A stretch of 64,000 nt of DNA from an uncultured Actinomycetes bacterium (GTDB lineage Bacteria; Actinomycetota; Acidimicrobiia; IMCC26256; DASPTH01). Numbering within the stretch: position 1 is the stretch's first letter; each line of letters begins with the position of its first letter. A program made the translations under genes and the position numbers. Positions 44,780 through 54,138 of this stretch are shown piece after piece. The notes below the pieces were generated by a model, which worked only from the letters and a program-made list of their open reading frames with translations, had not been told where the DNA came from and searched no databases. Location of the stretch: the NCBI GenBank assembly GCA_963775795.1, contig CAVZKC010000004.1, positions 820,028 to 884,027 on the forward strand, written 5' to 3'.

Positions 44780-45319
44780 GTGCGATCCAAACCGAGCGTT
44801 GCTCGTTTCTCAGCTGCTCTGGCCGCCGGCGTCGTGCTCCTCGTCACCATCGGGTTGACGGGTCCCGCGTTCGCAGCCCAGGACCCGGTGCTCACGGATC
44901 AGCAGCGAACGCAGCTCACCCAGGAGTTCGCGGCGTTCCGCGACTGCCTGCAACGGAACGGCGTGACCTTGTCGGAGCGACCCGCCGCCGGGCTCCGCGG
45001 GCCGCGTCCCATGCTCACCGACGAGCAGCGCGCCGCGTTCGAGGGAGCACGGGAGGCGTGCGGTGACCTCCTCCCCGATCGGCCGGTGCTGAGCGACGAG
45101 CAGCGTGCACAGCTCCGGACGCAGCACGAGGCGTTCCGCAGCTGTCTCCAGGAGAACGGCGTCACGTTGCCGGAGCGCGCCGCGGCCGCCCATCCGCTGA
45201 CCCGACCGATGCTCACTTACGAGCAGCACGCCGAGCTCGAGCAGGCCCGTCAGGCATGCGGTGACCTCCGCCCGGACCTTGGGTTCCGGGATGGACACCA
45301 GCCAGACGGGATGGTCTGA
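44780..45319 (+). CDS. secreted repeat protein with four LTxxQ-type motifs and four Cys (Spy/CpxP/ZraP-like?)
   Basis: AGGGAGG then GTG 44780 and a signal peptide ending AFA|AQD. Motifs PVLTDQQRTQL..C, PMLTDEQRAAF..C, PVLSDEQRAQL..C, PMLTYEQHAEL..C. Confidence 0.55.
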   Translation: MRSKPSVARFSAALAAGVVLLVTIGLTGPAFAAQDPVLTDQQRTQLTQEFAAFRDCLQRNGVTLSERPAAGLRGPRPMLTDEQRAAFEGAREACGDLLPDRPVLSDEQRAQLRTQHEAFRSCLQENGVTLPERAAAAHPLTRPMLTYEQHAELEQARQACGDLRPDLGFRDGHQPDGMV

Positions 45320-45467
45320 CGGCCTCGCTCGGTCTCGCTTTACGCCGCAGTGTCGGGGTTCGAAGCTGGCGGCCTCGTCGGCGCTCGCGGCTCGAACTGC
45401 CCGCTCGCCCATGCGAAAACCGTACCGCTACCGCACCGAGCTCGACCGTGAGGCGGGTCGCTGCGCC

Positions 45468-45731
45468 TCAGCGGTCGTCGCGGCGTTCCTTCCGGCGGTT
45501 GTGCCGGCGCAGCACGCCCAGCCCGAACCACACCAGCGCGCCGAGCACCGCCGACACGATGACGAGCAGCCACAGGGGCCAGGTGAAGTCCCAGAACAGG
45601 AAACTGAGCTTGACGTCGTTCGTGTTCTGCACGATGAAGACGCCGAGGAACCCGACGCCAGTGATCGAGGCGATCGCACCCCTGCTGAGGCCACGCGTGT
45701 CACCTCCGCCGTCACCCGGACGCTGCGACAT
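45468..45731 (-). CDS. LapA/DUF1049-like small membrane protein
   Basis: FIVQNTNDVKLSFLFWDFTWPLWLLVIVSAVLGALV, then a basic tail. Confidence 0.65.
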   Translation of the reverse strand: MSQRPGDGGGDTRGLSRGAIASITGVGFLGVFIVQNTNDVKLSFLFWDFTWPLWLLVIVSAVLGALVWFGLGVLRRHNRRKERRDDR

Positions 45732-45817
45732 GACTCCCCCTTCCCGACGCGCCGCCCTCACGGCGGCGGTGCGTCATGTCGGCATCGTGGCACGTCACGG
45801 GCCGACCCGCGCGGACG

Positions 45818-46915
45818 TCAGCCACGGGCGTTGGCGGTGATCAGCCCGAGCTGCTGGGCAGCGGCCGCGACGCCGGCGCGTCGCTCCACCCCGAGCTTGG
45901 CGAGGATGCTCGACACGTGCACGCTCGCGGTCTTCGGGCTGATGAACAGCTCCGCCGCGATCTGCTTGTTGGTGTGGCCGACAGCCACCAGGCGCAACAC
46001 CTCCACCTCCCGCGCGGTGAGCCCCAGCGCGGGAGGAGTCGTCGGTTCCTTCCCGGCGGACGGGCCGACAGTCCGGAGGAAGTCCTCGACCTCGCCCAGC
46101 ACGGCATCCTGGTCGCCGGCCCAGAAGAGATGGTCGGTCCCCGGCTGCTCCACGTAGCGAGCACCGGGGATCCCGTCGGCCAACTTGCGGCCCTGGCGCA
46201 CGGGGATGACGAGATCTCCGGACCGGTGGAGCACGAGCGTGGGTACGTGGATGTCGCCGAGCGCGTCCTCCCAATCGATCTGGTAGCCGAGCTGCATCAG
46301 CGATCGGGCGGATCCCGGGCTCACCCCCGAGCGCGTCAAGCGCAGGTACGCCTCCTTCACGTCCTCGTCGTGCATGAGGCTGGGCGCCCAGAACGCGACG
46401 CCCACACCGTCGGTGCCCCACTCGCGTTCGATGCGGTCGAGAGCGGCGTCCTGGTCGTCGGCCAGGCGTGAGAGCAGCCCCGTGTCCGGCTCGAGCTTGG
46501 CGAACGTTCCGTAGAGGATGAGCCCGAGGCACCGCTCGGGGTAAGCCCGGGCGAAGAGGCCGCACATCGCGCCGCCGCCGAGGGTCCCGAAGAGCGCCGC
46601 CCGCTCGGATCCGACCGCGTCGAGGATGACGCGGACGTCCTGCATCCGATGGTCGAGAGTCGGCAGCGTGTCGGGGTCGAGCCGGTCGGAGAGGCCGGTG
46701 CCTTGCTTGTCGAACAGGACCAACCGTGAGACCGCGGCGAGGCGCTCGAGGAAGCGGGCGAGCGGCGGGATCTCCCACGCGAGGTCGAGGTGGGTGACCC
46801 ATCCGGGCGAGAACACGAGATCGATCGGCCCGTCGCCCACGACCTGGTAGGCGATGTTGCAGTCCCCGCTCTTCGCGTAGCGGATCTTCCGTTCCAACGC
46901 GGGTTCGCCTCTCAT
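45818..46915 (-). CDS. alpha/beta-hydrolase domain fused to a LuxR-type HTH (transcriptional regulator)
   Basis: N-terminal ~280 aa have an alpha/beta-hydrolase fold (DLVFSPGWVTHLD..., the GGGAM segment sits at the nucleophile elbow with no Ser). C-terminal LTAREVEVLRLVAVGHTNKQIAAELFISPKTASVHVSSILAKLG. Confidence 0.85.
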   Translation of the reverse strand: MRGEPALERKIRYAKSGDCNIAYQVVGDGPIDLVFSPGWVTHLDLAWEIPPLARFLERLAAVSRLVLFDKQGTGLSDRLDPDTLPTLDHRMQDVRVILDAVGSERAALFGTLGGGAMCGLFARAYPERCLGLILYGTFAKLEPDTGLLSRLADDQDAALDRIEREWGTDGVGVAFWAPSLMHDEDVKEAYLRLTRSGVSPGSARSLMQLGYQIDWEDALGDIHVPTLVLHRSGDLVIPVRQGRKLADGIPGARYVEQPGTDHLFWAGDQDAVLGEVEDFLRTVGPSAGKEPTTPPALGLTAREVEVLRLVAVGHTNKQIAAELFISPKTASVHVSSILAKLGVERRAGVAAAAQQLGLITANARG

Positions 46916-47061
46916 TTCACGAGAACGGGTGCAGCAGCGACGGAGAATACGTCATTTGCCCTACGCGAGAACGCGACAGGTGCCCAATACCCAACGGAGA
47001 CCGAAGTCGCCACACTCGAACTCGACACAACGTCCACGAAAACGAACAAGGAGCCGAGCAG

Positions 47062-47289
47062 ATGCCGATCATCAACGTGAAAGTCCTGGAAGGTGTGTTC
47101 AGCGACGAGCAGAAGCACGACATGATCAGGGAGCTCACCGACGCGATGGTGTCCGTCGAGGGTGAGAACCTGCGCGGCGTGACCTGGTGCGTGGTCGAGG
47201 AGATCAAGAGCGGTGACGTGGGGATCGGCGGCGAGCTGCTCACGACCGAGGCGGCGCGGGCGCTCCGGGAAGGCGTGCCCGTCGGCTGA
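47062..47289 (+). CDS. 4-oxalocrotonate tautomerase-family protein
   Basis: MPIINVKVLEGVFSDEQKHDMIRELTDAMV: Pro-1 and the beta-alpha-beta signature. 75 aa. Confidence 0.85.
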   Translation: MPIINVKVLEGVFSDEQKHDMIRELTDAMVSVEGENLRGVTWCVVEEIKSGDVGIGGELLTTEAARALREGVPVG

Positions 47290-47523
47290 GCCCGACACAA
47301 GTGTTCTTCGCCTCGGTTCGGCCGGGCGGGTTGCCACCTCGGCGACCGTCCGGCCGGACCGCGCCTGCTCCCCTCCGGCCGCCCCTCGGCTCAGCGTGCG
47401 CGCCGCGACTACATGAGGCGCACATATCGCCCCGCACCGCGGTCGGACCACTCACAAAGACCCAGCTGCGGCACTGTGCTCCGAGCGCGCAGGTTGCTCG
47501 ATCGGTTACGGTCAGCGCACGCG

Positions 47524-48147
47524 CTACTCGGTGAGCGGTGGTAGTCCGGCCACTTCGCGGAACTCGTCGGTCGTGTTGGTAACCGGGAACGGCTCTGTGG
47601 GTACCGGAAGGTTGAGCCGTTCACAGATCGGCTCCCAGCCATCGCCTGGGGTCCACTCGAGCAGACGGCTAGCCGAGACTTCTGCGCGCACGGCGTCGTT
47701 GTGGCGTGTGTACGCGTCCATCATCGCGGCTGGGTCATCGAAGCGATCGCTGAACCGATCGTGCAGCAGCCTCCGGACTTCATCCATCCAGGGTTTGAGC
47801 TCAGGCGGCATGGTGTCGAACGACAAGAAGATCGTGTTCGAGGCGCTGCGATACCACGCCTCGGGATCGCGAATCGACAACAACACGAGCGCCTCTGGGT
47901 ACGCCGCTGACAATTCCCGCCAGAACGCGCCTCCTGGCCAATCGACGATCGAGCGATAACGGGCCAACATCGCGTCCCAATCTACGGGGCGGCCTTCGAT
48001 CGCGTCGGTCCACGCCGGGATTTGGGACGGATCCGCAAGAATCTCGACCATGTGATGGCACGGGGCGCCGAGCAACTGCTCGAGCGCGACCTTCAAGGAA
48101 TGCGTGCCCGTCCGGCCCACGCCGGCACCAACAACGGCGAGCTCCAT
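47524..48147 (-). CDS. sulfotransferase-family protein
   Basis: AGGAG then ATG 48147. VGRTGTHSL (PAPS 5'-phosphate loop-like) and RDPEAWYRS motifs. Confidence 0.7.
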   Translation of the reverse strand: MELAVVGAGVGRTGTHSLKVALEQLLGAPCHHMVEILADPSQIPAWTDAIEGRPVDWDAMLARYRSIVDWPGGAFWRELSAAYPEALVLLSIRDPEAWYRSASNTIFLSFDTMPPELKPWMDEVRRLLHDRFSDRFDDPAAMMDAYTRHNDAVRAEVSASRLLEWTPGDGWEPICERLNLPVPTEPFPVTNTTDEFREVAGLPPLTE

Positions 48148-48406
48148 CAAGGACTCCTGACAGCACTGACCGCGCACGATGCGCGGCGACACGATCCACT
48201 TCTACCACCGATCACACTGACGCGCGATGACCGCACGCAATACTCACGTCTCGCGCTCCAGAATCCAATCGTCATCTCACTTCAGTTGCATCTGCGCCAG
48301 GAACCGGGTCCGCGAGTTCACCCAGACCGCGACGGACGACGTAACCGATCCCGCGATCTCTTAGTCTCAGCCAGCTCGCTCGGAGGACTGCGGAATCGAT
48401 GATGCG

Positions 48407-49129
48407 CTACGAGACGTCGAAGGAGCCGTACATCCCCTGGGTGAAGTGGGGCGCGCCATTCCGCTTCCCGCCCACAGGGAGGAAGCACGCGTAGACGTAT
48501 GTCCCCGGCTCGAGGTTGGCGGGTGAGTAGGCGACCTCGCCCGCCTGCGCGAAGAGGAACGCCCCGCCTGTCTGCTCGATGTACTTGTTCTGCTTCTTCT
48601 CGGGCAGATCGAGGATCTTGCTCACGTCCTCACCTTCGGCGGCGGGAGTCAGCTTGGCGATCGCCATCATGTGGTCTTCCTTCGGGGCGGTGTTCGTCAT
48701 CTTGAAATTGGTGGGCCCCGCCGCCAGGGTCGCCGGGACGCCCTCATACCCATAGTCGATCGCGGTCACCGCCACCTGGGTGCCCGGACAGTTGTCGTAC
48801 ACCCAGCTGTCGAGCGCGGCGATGAGCCGTAGCCCCTTCGCGCCGTTGAACAGCTTGTCGCCCTTCTTCTGGTAGGCGTCGCGAAGCGCAGTGATCTGGG
48901 GCAACACCGAAGCCGGCGCGGCAGCGAGCGCCCGGTTCATGATCGCCAGATTCTCGGCCTTGCCCTGGGCGTCATTACCCTCGAGCCGTGCCGCGCAGAA
49001 CGCGGCTACATCACCAGTTTCGGTCTGAGCTCCGGCGGGGCCGGCAAGCACTCCGATTCCGCTGACGGCAACCAACGCGGCCGTGACGAGCGTGATGATG
49101 CGACGCAATGGACTCTCGCTTCCGTTCAT
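48407..49129 (-). CDS. secreted protein with cupredoxin-like C-terminal domain (hypothetical)
   Basis: Signal peptide ...LAGPAGA|QTE. The C-terminal domain has candidate His...Cys...His...Met ligands (KEDHMMAI; YACFLPVGGKRNGAPHFTQGMYG). Confidence 0.5.
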   Translation of the reverse strand: MNGSESPLRRIITLVTAALVAVSGIGVLAGPAGAQTETGDVAAFCAARLEGNDAQGKAENLAIMNRALAAAPASVLPQITALRDAYQKKGDKLFNGAKGLRLIAALDSWVYDNCPGTQVAVTAIDYGYEGVPATLAAGPTNFKMTNTAPKEDHMMAIAKLTPAAEGEDVSKILDLPEKKQNKYIEQTGGAFLFAQAGEVAYSPANLEPGTYVYACFLPVGGKRNGAPHFTQGMYGSFDVS

Positions 49130-49228
49130 TGGGGCCGGTGGTCCTGCCCCTCTCAGATAGGAACAGGAGACTACCGGGCGGAGAGCGGCAAAGAGAGCGC
49201 GGCCCGCGCTGTACGAGGGGGTCTATCC

Positions 49229-49480
49229 TCACCCCTCGGGAACTCCGCAGGCGATGTCGATTCGCAGCTGGAACGACCTCGACGGGGACTTCTCCGGCGA
49301 GGCGCGGCGTTCTTCGACCAGCTCGCTCGCCAGCTCCTCGATGCCAGTGTTGTGGCCGAGCAGGGCCGCGGCGTGCCGCCCCCGAGTGTTGAGGGGACGG
49401 TCGTGATCGGCGACGTCGGGATCGGCCCAGCTCGACTTGGCATGCGAACCAGCACGAGACGCCGGCGCTCCGTCGCCGAG
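49229..49480 (-). pseudogene. histidine-phosphatase (SixA/PGM-like) remnant with a 1-nt deletion in the RHA motif
   Basis: One frame reads ERRRLVLVR. The adjacent frame continues HAKSSWADPDVADHDRPLNTRGRHAAALLG (expected cgccat, observed cgcat). No start codon, and the downstream part is not family-like. Confidence 0.4.
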
Positions 49481-49623
49481 CGTTCCTGCCCGGATACCGC
49501 GCCACCACGCCGGGCCCGCCGCGGGAGTAGGAATTCCAGGGGCACCGAGGCGTGCGCCCTCGCATTCCGACAAGGGAGACAGGCCCCGAGCGGGGCCGCG
49601 CACGAGTACAAGGAGGCCCGACG

Positions 49624-49902
49624 ATGTTGGACGAGGTGGTCGAGACGAAGGTCTGGGCTCTCGAGATCACGATCGGCGAAACCCGAACGAGACATAAGCA
49701 CAGCGCGCTGCTGCGTATCGGTGAGATCGAGATAGCAGGCTCGGGTCTAGCGAGACGCAACCCCCATGATCCGGCGCGGCTACGGATCGGCGAAGAGCTC
49801 GCGGTCGCGTGGGCGCCGTCGGATCCTTCCCACCAGTTGCTCGACGCGGCGGCGAGCGACATCGAAGCATTCGAAGGATGCGCGGGCCACCTAGAGGTCT
49901 GA
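49624..49902 (+). CDS. DUF1876-like small protein
   Basis: AAGGAGG then ATG 49624. WALEITIGETRTRHKHSALLRIGEIEIAGSGLARRNPHDPARLRIGEELAV fits the DUF1876 pattern. Confidence 0.55.
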   Translation: MLDEVVETKVWALEITIGETRTRHKHSALLRIGEIEIAGSGLARRNPHDPARLRIGEELAVAWAPSDPSHQLLDAAASDIEAFEGCAGHLEV

Positions 49903-49925
49903 CGCTCCGAGTTCGGCGGCCGTAG

Positions 49926-50570
49926 CTACCGCCGCCAGAACAACAGGTGCGTGACTCCACTCGGACTGGGCACGGATTCGAGTTGGAAGCGGTCGTGGAG
50001 CTCCTCGTGCGAGCTCCACAGCCGTTCGCCTCGCTGGAGCTCGATCGGCGCGACGGCTACGTGCATCGAGTCGACGAGATCCGCGTCGAGAAACTCCCGA
50101 ACGGTCGCGACGCCGCCACCGATGCGCACGTCCTTGCCGTTCGCGGCCTGTTGCGCCTGATGCTTCGCTTCGCTGGGAGTGGCATCGATGAAGTGAAAGG
50201 TCGTGTCCGACAGCGAGAACGAGGGACGGACGTGATGCGTCAACACGAACACCGGCGTGTGGAATGGCGGCGTGTCCCCCCACCAACCCTTCCAGTCGTG
50301 GTCCTTCCACGGGCCGCGCTGCGGTCCGAACTTGTTGCGGCCCATGATCTCGGCGCCGATGTTGCGGGCGAAGTCACGGGTGAAGTAATCGTCGAGCCCT
50401 CGCGAACCGCCGGGCTCAGCCCGGTTCACCCAGCTCGCGGTCGCGCCAGCCCATGCGAACAGGTCGCCCGGATCGGCGTGCCCGAAGGGATGCTCCAGGC
50501 TCTGACCCTTGCCCGCGCCGAACCCATCCCGCGACACGCCGAAGCACTGCACGCGCAATAGCTGCGACAT
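49926..50570 (-). CDS. dihydrofolate-reductase-like (RibD C-terminal domain) family protein
   Basis: IMGRNKF...WGDTPPFHTPVFVLTH...VRIGGGVATVREFLDADLVDSMHVAVAPI. Confidence 0.85.
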   Translation of the reverse strand: MSQLLRVQCFGVSRDGFGAGKGQSLEHPFGHADPGDLFAWAGATASWVNRAEPGGSRGLDDYFTRDFARNIGAEIMGRNKFGPQRGPWKDHDWKGWWGDTPPFHTPVFVLTHHVRPSFSLSDTTFHFIDATPSEAKHQAQQAANGKDVRIGGGVATVREFLDADLVDSMHVAVAPIELQRGERLWSSHEELHDRFQLESVPSPSGVTHLLFWRR

Positions 50571-50724
50571 CCTTCTCCTCCTCGGTGCCGGGCCCCAAGG
50601 TCCACCGTTATATTCGACGCACGTCGAGACTCGAAATCATCGGTGACACCGGAGGCGCGGAGATGCTCACCACCTACACCTGGGACAACGTCTTCCTGTA
50701 ACCGCTCGGTCAGCTGACCGCGTG

Positions 50725-53700
50725 TCACGCGGTCAGCTCGGTCTCCTCGACGGTGATCTCGTGGCCCGCCGTGACGAGCGCGCGGACGCGCTCGACCGTG
50801 GCGACGAGGTCAGTGAGATGGCGCTCGACGGGGCCCGTCGGCGTGAGGAAGAGGAACGTGACGCGGCTGACGGGCTCGTCGGTCGTCGCCGCGATCGTGA
50901 GCGCATAGCTGGCGCCCTGGAGGCGGTAACCCTCGACGCGGCGGTCGAGCTCGGCGGGGTCGTGGGTTGCACTCGTCTTGTAGTCGAGGACGACGAGGCC
51001 GTCACGGTCGCGATACAGGAGGTCGATGTAGCCCTCGAGCAGCCGTCCACCGACGGGCGTGCAGGCGTACACCTCACGCCAGTGTGCGCTGCCGGCGGCC
51101 GCGACGACCGACGGTGAGCGGAGCGCGTCGGCGACCAACTCGCGCACCTGGTCGGCCCGGTCGGGGATCGCCTCGGCCTCGCATTGTGCAGCGACAACGG
51201 GTTCGAGGCCGTCGCCGCTCGCGAGGTCGATGGTCTGGAGCGCGCCGTGCACCGCACGGCCGACCGCGGTGCCGTACCGGCCCTTCAACCATGGCGGGAG
51301 GTCGAGGTCGCGCGGGCGCTTCTGCAAGCCGGCGGTGAGCTCCGCCTCGGGGTCGTGCACGCCCTCGTCGGTGAGCGCGGTCGCGGCGACCGCGCTCGGC
51401 CGGGTACCGCGCGCGAGGGCCGCTTCACGTTCGGCGCTCCAGTCGGGAAACGACGGGATCGGCGCCGGCACCGCAGATTCAGGCACTGTGATGGCGGCAT
51501 CGTCGTCGACGACGGCGTCGGGAAGGTCGCCGAGCAGTGTGTCCATTCCGGCGATCAGCAGCTCCGCGTTCGTGCGCGCGTTCGGCTTCGCCTCCGCCTT
51601 CCGCTCCGCCCGGTGCAACGACACGACCAGGTGGTCGCACGCCCGCGTGCACGCGACGTAGAGGAGGCGGATGCGCTCGTCGAAGCCCATCTGCTCGTCG
51701 ATGGGCTTCCACTCCGACCACTCCTCGGTCTGCACGAAGCTGCCGAAACGGTACGCGACCTCGCGCCCCGGCGGGAACGCGACCTCGGCGGGCGCGTACT
51801 GACCTCTCGGCGCGGTCGACATGCCCGACACGATCGTGATCGGGAACTCGAGCCCCTTCGCGGCGTGGATGGTCATGATCCGCACCGCGTCGTCGTCGGT
51901 CTCGGGCAGGATCGCCTCGGTGACCCGGCTGCCCTCGGCGCTCTGCATCTCGACCCAGTGCACGTACTGCCGCAGGCTTCCCGCAGTCGCGTCGCTCCAC
52001 GCGCGTGCCTGGTCGATGACAAAGCGCAGGCGACGCCACACGTCACGCGGGCGGCGATCACCGAACCCGAGCTCGAGCGCGCGGCGGTCCCGGACGATGC
52101 GGTCGAGCAGCTCCGACGGTGCGCTCCACACCCGGTCTTCGTAGAGGCCGCGGAAGTAAGCGACGCCGGCAAGCACCGGATCGTCCGCCGGCACCGTGTC
52201 GGGCTGGTCCCCGATGATGCTCCAACGACCCCCGCGCTCGACCTTGAAGCGGAACAGGTCGTCGTCGCCACAGCCGAGCAACGGTGTACGGAGCGCGGCG
52301 ACGAGATGCATCCCGTTGGTCGGGTCGTTCACCGCGCGCAGCACCATGAGCAGGTCGCGCACCGCTCTGGTGGCGTAGACGAGGGAGCTCGACTCGGCGC
52401 GGTGCGGGATCTTGCGCTCCTCGAGCGCGTACTGCAGGAACGGCAGCGAGGTGCGGGCCGGGACGAGGATCGCAATGTCCCCGAGACGGGCCGGCCGCCA
52501 GCCGTCTTCGCCGTCGCGGACCGACCATCCCTCGGTGATGACGCGCGCGACCGTCGCGGCGACGTCGCCGGCCTCGGCCTCGCGCACGTCGTCGGCGGGA
52601 GTTTTGTTCGGGTGCGCGTCGCGTCCGACCACTGCGACCGGTGGACCGTCCGGCGGCGCGCCGCGGGTCGCGTCGAGCGCGACATACTCGGGTTGCGACG
52701 GCACCGGCACCTCGAGGTCGGGCGTCTCCGACATCAACCGGTCGAACACCTGGTTCACCCACGCGATGACGGGCGCAGTGCTGCGGAAGTTCGACGTCAG
52801 CTCGACGAGCGTGCCCACCTCTTGGCCGAGACGGGCCCGAGCGTTCAGGAACGTCGCGATGTCGGCCCGCCGGAACCGGTAGATCGACTGCTTCGGGTCG
52901 CCCACGACGAAGAGATGGCCGGGTGCGACGGCAACCTCACCCCACGGCGTCGTGGCCAGCTCGGCGTCGCGCGGATCGGCCGCGGCGATGCGGACCGAGA
53001 GCTCGATCTGGATCGGATCGGTGTCCTGGAACTCGTCGAGGAGGAGCCGCGTGTAGCGCTGATGGAGCCGCGCCCGCACGATCGGGCCCTGCTCGGGATC
53101 ACCGAGGAGCTGACGGGCAAGCACGAGCAGGTCGTGGAACTCGAGCTGACCGGCGGCACGCCGCTCCTCCGCCGCTCGCAGCGTGAACGGCCGCATCGCG
53201 GCGCCCAGCTTCGCGGCGCACGCCTGACCGACCTGGTTGCACACGGCGTCGAGCCTGTCGCCGACCTCGTGCACACGCGCGCGCAGGTTGTCGATGTCGG
53301 GCCAGTGGCTCTTGGCGCCTGCCCGGCCGACCGAGAAGCTCGGCGCCTTCCGAACCGGGTTCTCGCCGAGTGCGTCGAGCAGCGCGAACTCGTCGGTGAT
53401 GCTGCGGAGCCACGCGGCATGCTCGGCGATCTGGCCGAGACGAACACAGAGCTTGTCGTCGGGACGGGAACAGTCGGCTCGTTCGTCGCAGATCGCGTCG
53501 ATCTCGGCGAGCACCGGGGCGAGAAGCGGGGACACGTGCGGCGGCTCCGGTGCCGCTGCCGGCACGCGTTCGGCGATCAGGTCCCAGTTCGCTTCGAACG
53601 CTCGCGCCAGCGCGTCGAGCGCGTTCGGCTTCACACCGGTGGCGAGCAGGAGCAACAGCGTGCGTTCGAGATCGGGATCGGCGAGCAACTCCCCGCGGAA

Positions 53701-54138
53701 CGCGCTCCAGCGCCGGTCGAACTCGACGCCCGAACTGACCTCGTCGAGCACATCGACGCGCGGGGGAAGCCCGGCCTCGATCGGGTTCTCCGACAGCAGT
53801 CGCTGGGCGAAGGAGTGCAGCGTGCCGATCGCGGCGCCGTCGAGCTGGTCGAGCGCGAGGCGGCAGCGCGCGACGACTTCCGCGTCGACCTCGTGCGTCG
53901 ACAACTCCTGCAGCTTGCGTCGGACGCGGTCGCGCAGCTCGGCACCAGCCTTCTCGGTGAAGGTGATGGCCGCGACCTCGCGCAGTTCGGCGGTACCGGT
54001 CGTGACCAGCGCGACGACCCGGTCGACCAGCGCGGTGGTCTTCCCTGAGCCCGCGCCGGCCTCCACGAAGAGCGTGTCGCCGAGATCGCGCCGGATCCGG
54101 TCGCGGGCGGCGGCGTCGGCGAGCAGCGCGTCAGGCAT
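50725..54138 (-). CDS. UvrD/Rep-type helicase with C-terminal RecB-family nuclease (AdnB/AddA-like)
   Basis: ATG 54138 overlaps the upstream stop by 8 nt. Walker A EAGAGSGKTT, LLDEFQDTDP, VGDPKQSIYRFR. C-terminal nuclease GYIDLLY...VVLDYKT. Confidence 0.9.
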   Translation of the reverse strand: MPDALLADAAARDRIRRDLGDTLFVEAGAGSGKTTALVDRVVALVTTGTAELREVAAITFTEKAGAELRDRVRRKLQELSTHEVDAEVVARCRLALDQLDGAAIGTLHSFAQRLLSENPIEAGLPPRVDVLDEVSSGVEFDRRWSAFRGELLADPDLERTLLLLLATGVKPNALDALARAFEANWDLIAERVPAAAPEPPHVSPLLAPVLAEIDAICDERADCSRPDDKLCVRLGQIAEHAAWLRSITDEFALLDALGENPVRKAPSFSVGRAGAKSHWPDIDNLRARVHEVGDRLDAVCNQVGQACAAKLGAAMRPFTLRAAEERRAAGQLEFHDLLVLARQLLGDPEQGPIVRARLHQRYTRLLLDEFQDTDPIQIELSVRIAAADPRDAELATTPWGEVAVAPGHLFVVGDPKQSIYRFRRADIATFLNARARLGQEVGTLVELTSNFRSTAPVIAWVNQVFDRLMSETPDLEVPVPSQPEYVALDATRGAPPDGPPVAVVGRDAHPNKTPADDVREAEAGDVAATVARVITEGWSVRDGEDGWRPARLGDIAILVPARTSLPFLQYALEERKIPHRAESSSLVYATRAVRDLLMVLRAVNDPTNGMHLVAALRTPLLGCGDDDLFRFKVERGGRWSIIGDQPDTVPADDPVLAGVAYFRGLYEDRVWSAPSELLDRIVRDRRALELGFGDRRPRDVWRRLRFVIDQARAWSDATAGSLRQYVHWVEMQSAEGSRVTEAILPETDDDAVRIMTIHAAKGLEFPITIVSGMSTAPRGQYAPAEVAFPPGREVAYRFGSFVQTEEWSEWKPIDEQMGFDERIRLLYVACTRACDHLVVSLHRAERKAEAKPNARTNAELLIAGMDTLLGDLPDAVVDDDAAITVPESAVPAPIPSFPDWSAEREAALARGTRPSAVAATALTDEGVHDPEAELTAGLQKRPRDLDLPPWLKGRYGTAVGRAVHGALQTIDLASGDGLEPVVAAQCEAEAIPDRADQVRELVADALRSPSVVAAAGSAHWREVYACTPVGGRLLEGYIDLLYRDRDGLVVLDYKTSATHDPAELDRRVEGYRLQGASYALTIAATTDEPVSRVTFLFLTPTGPVERHLTDLVATVERVRALVTAGHEITVEETELTA

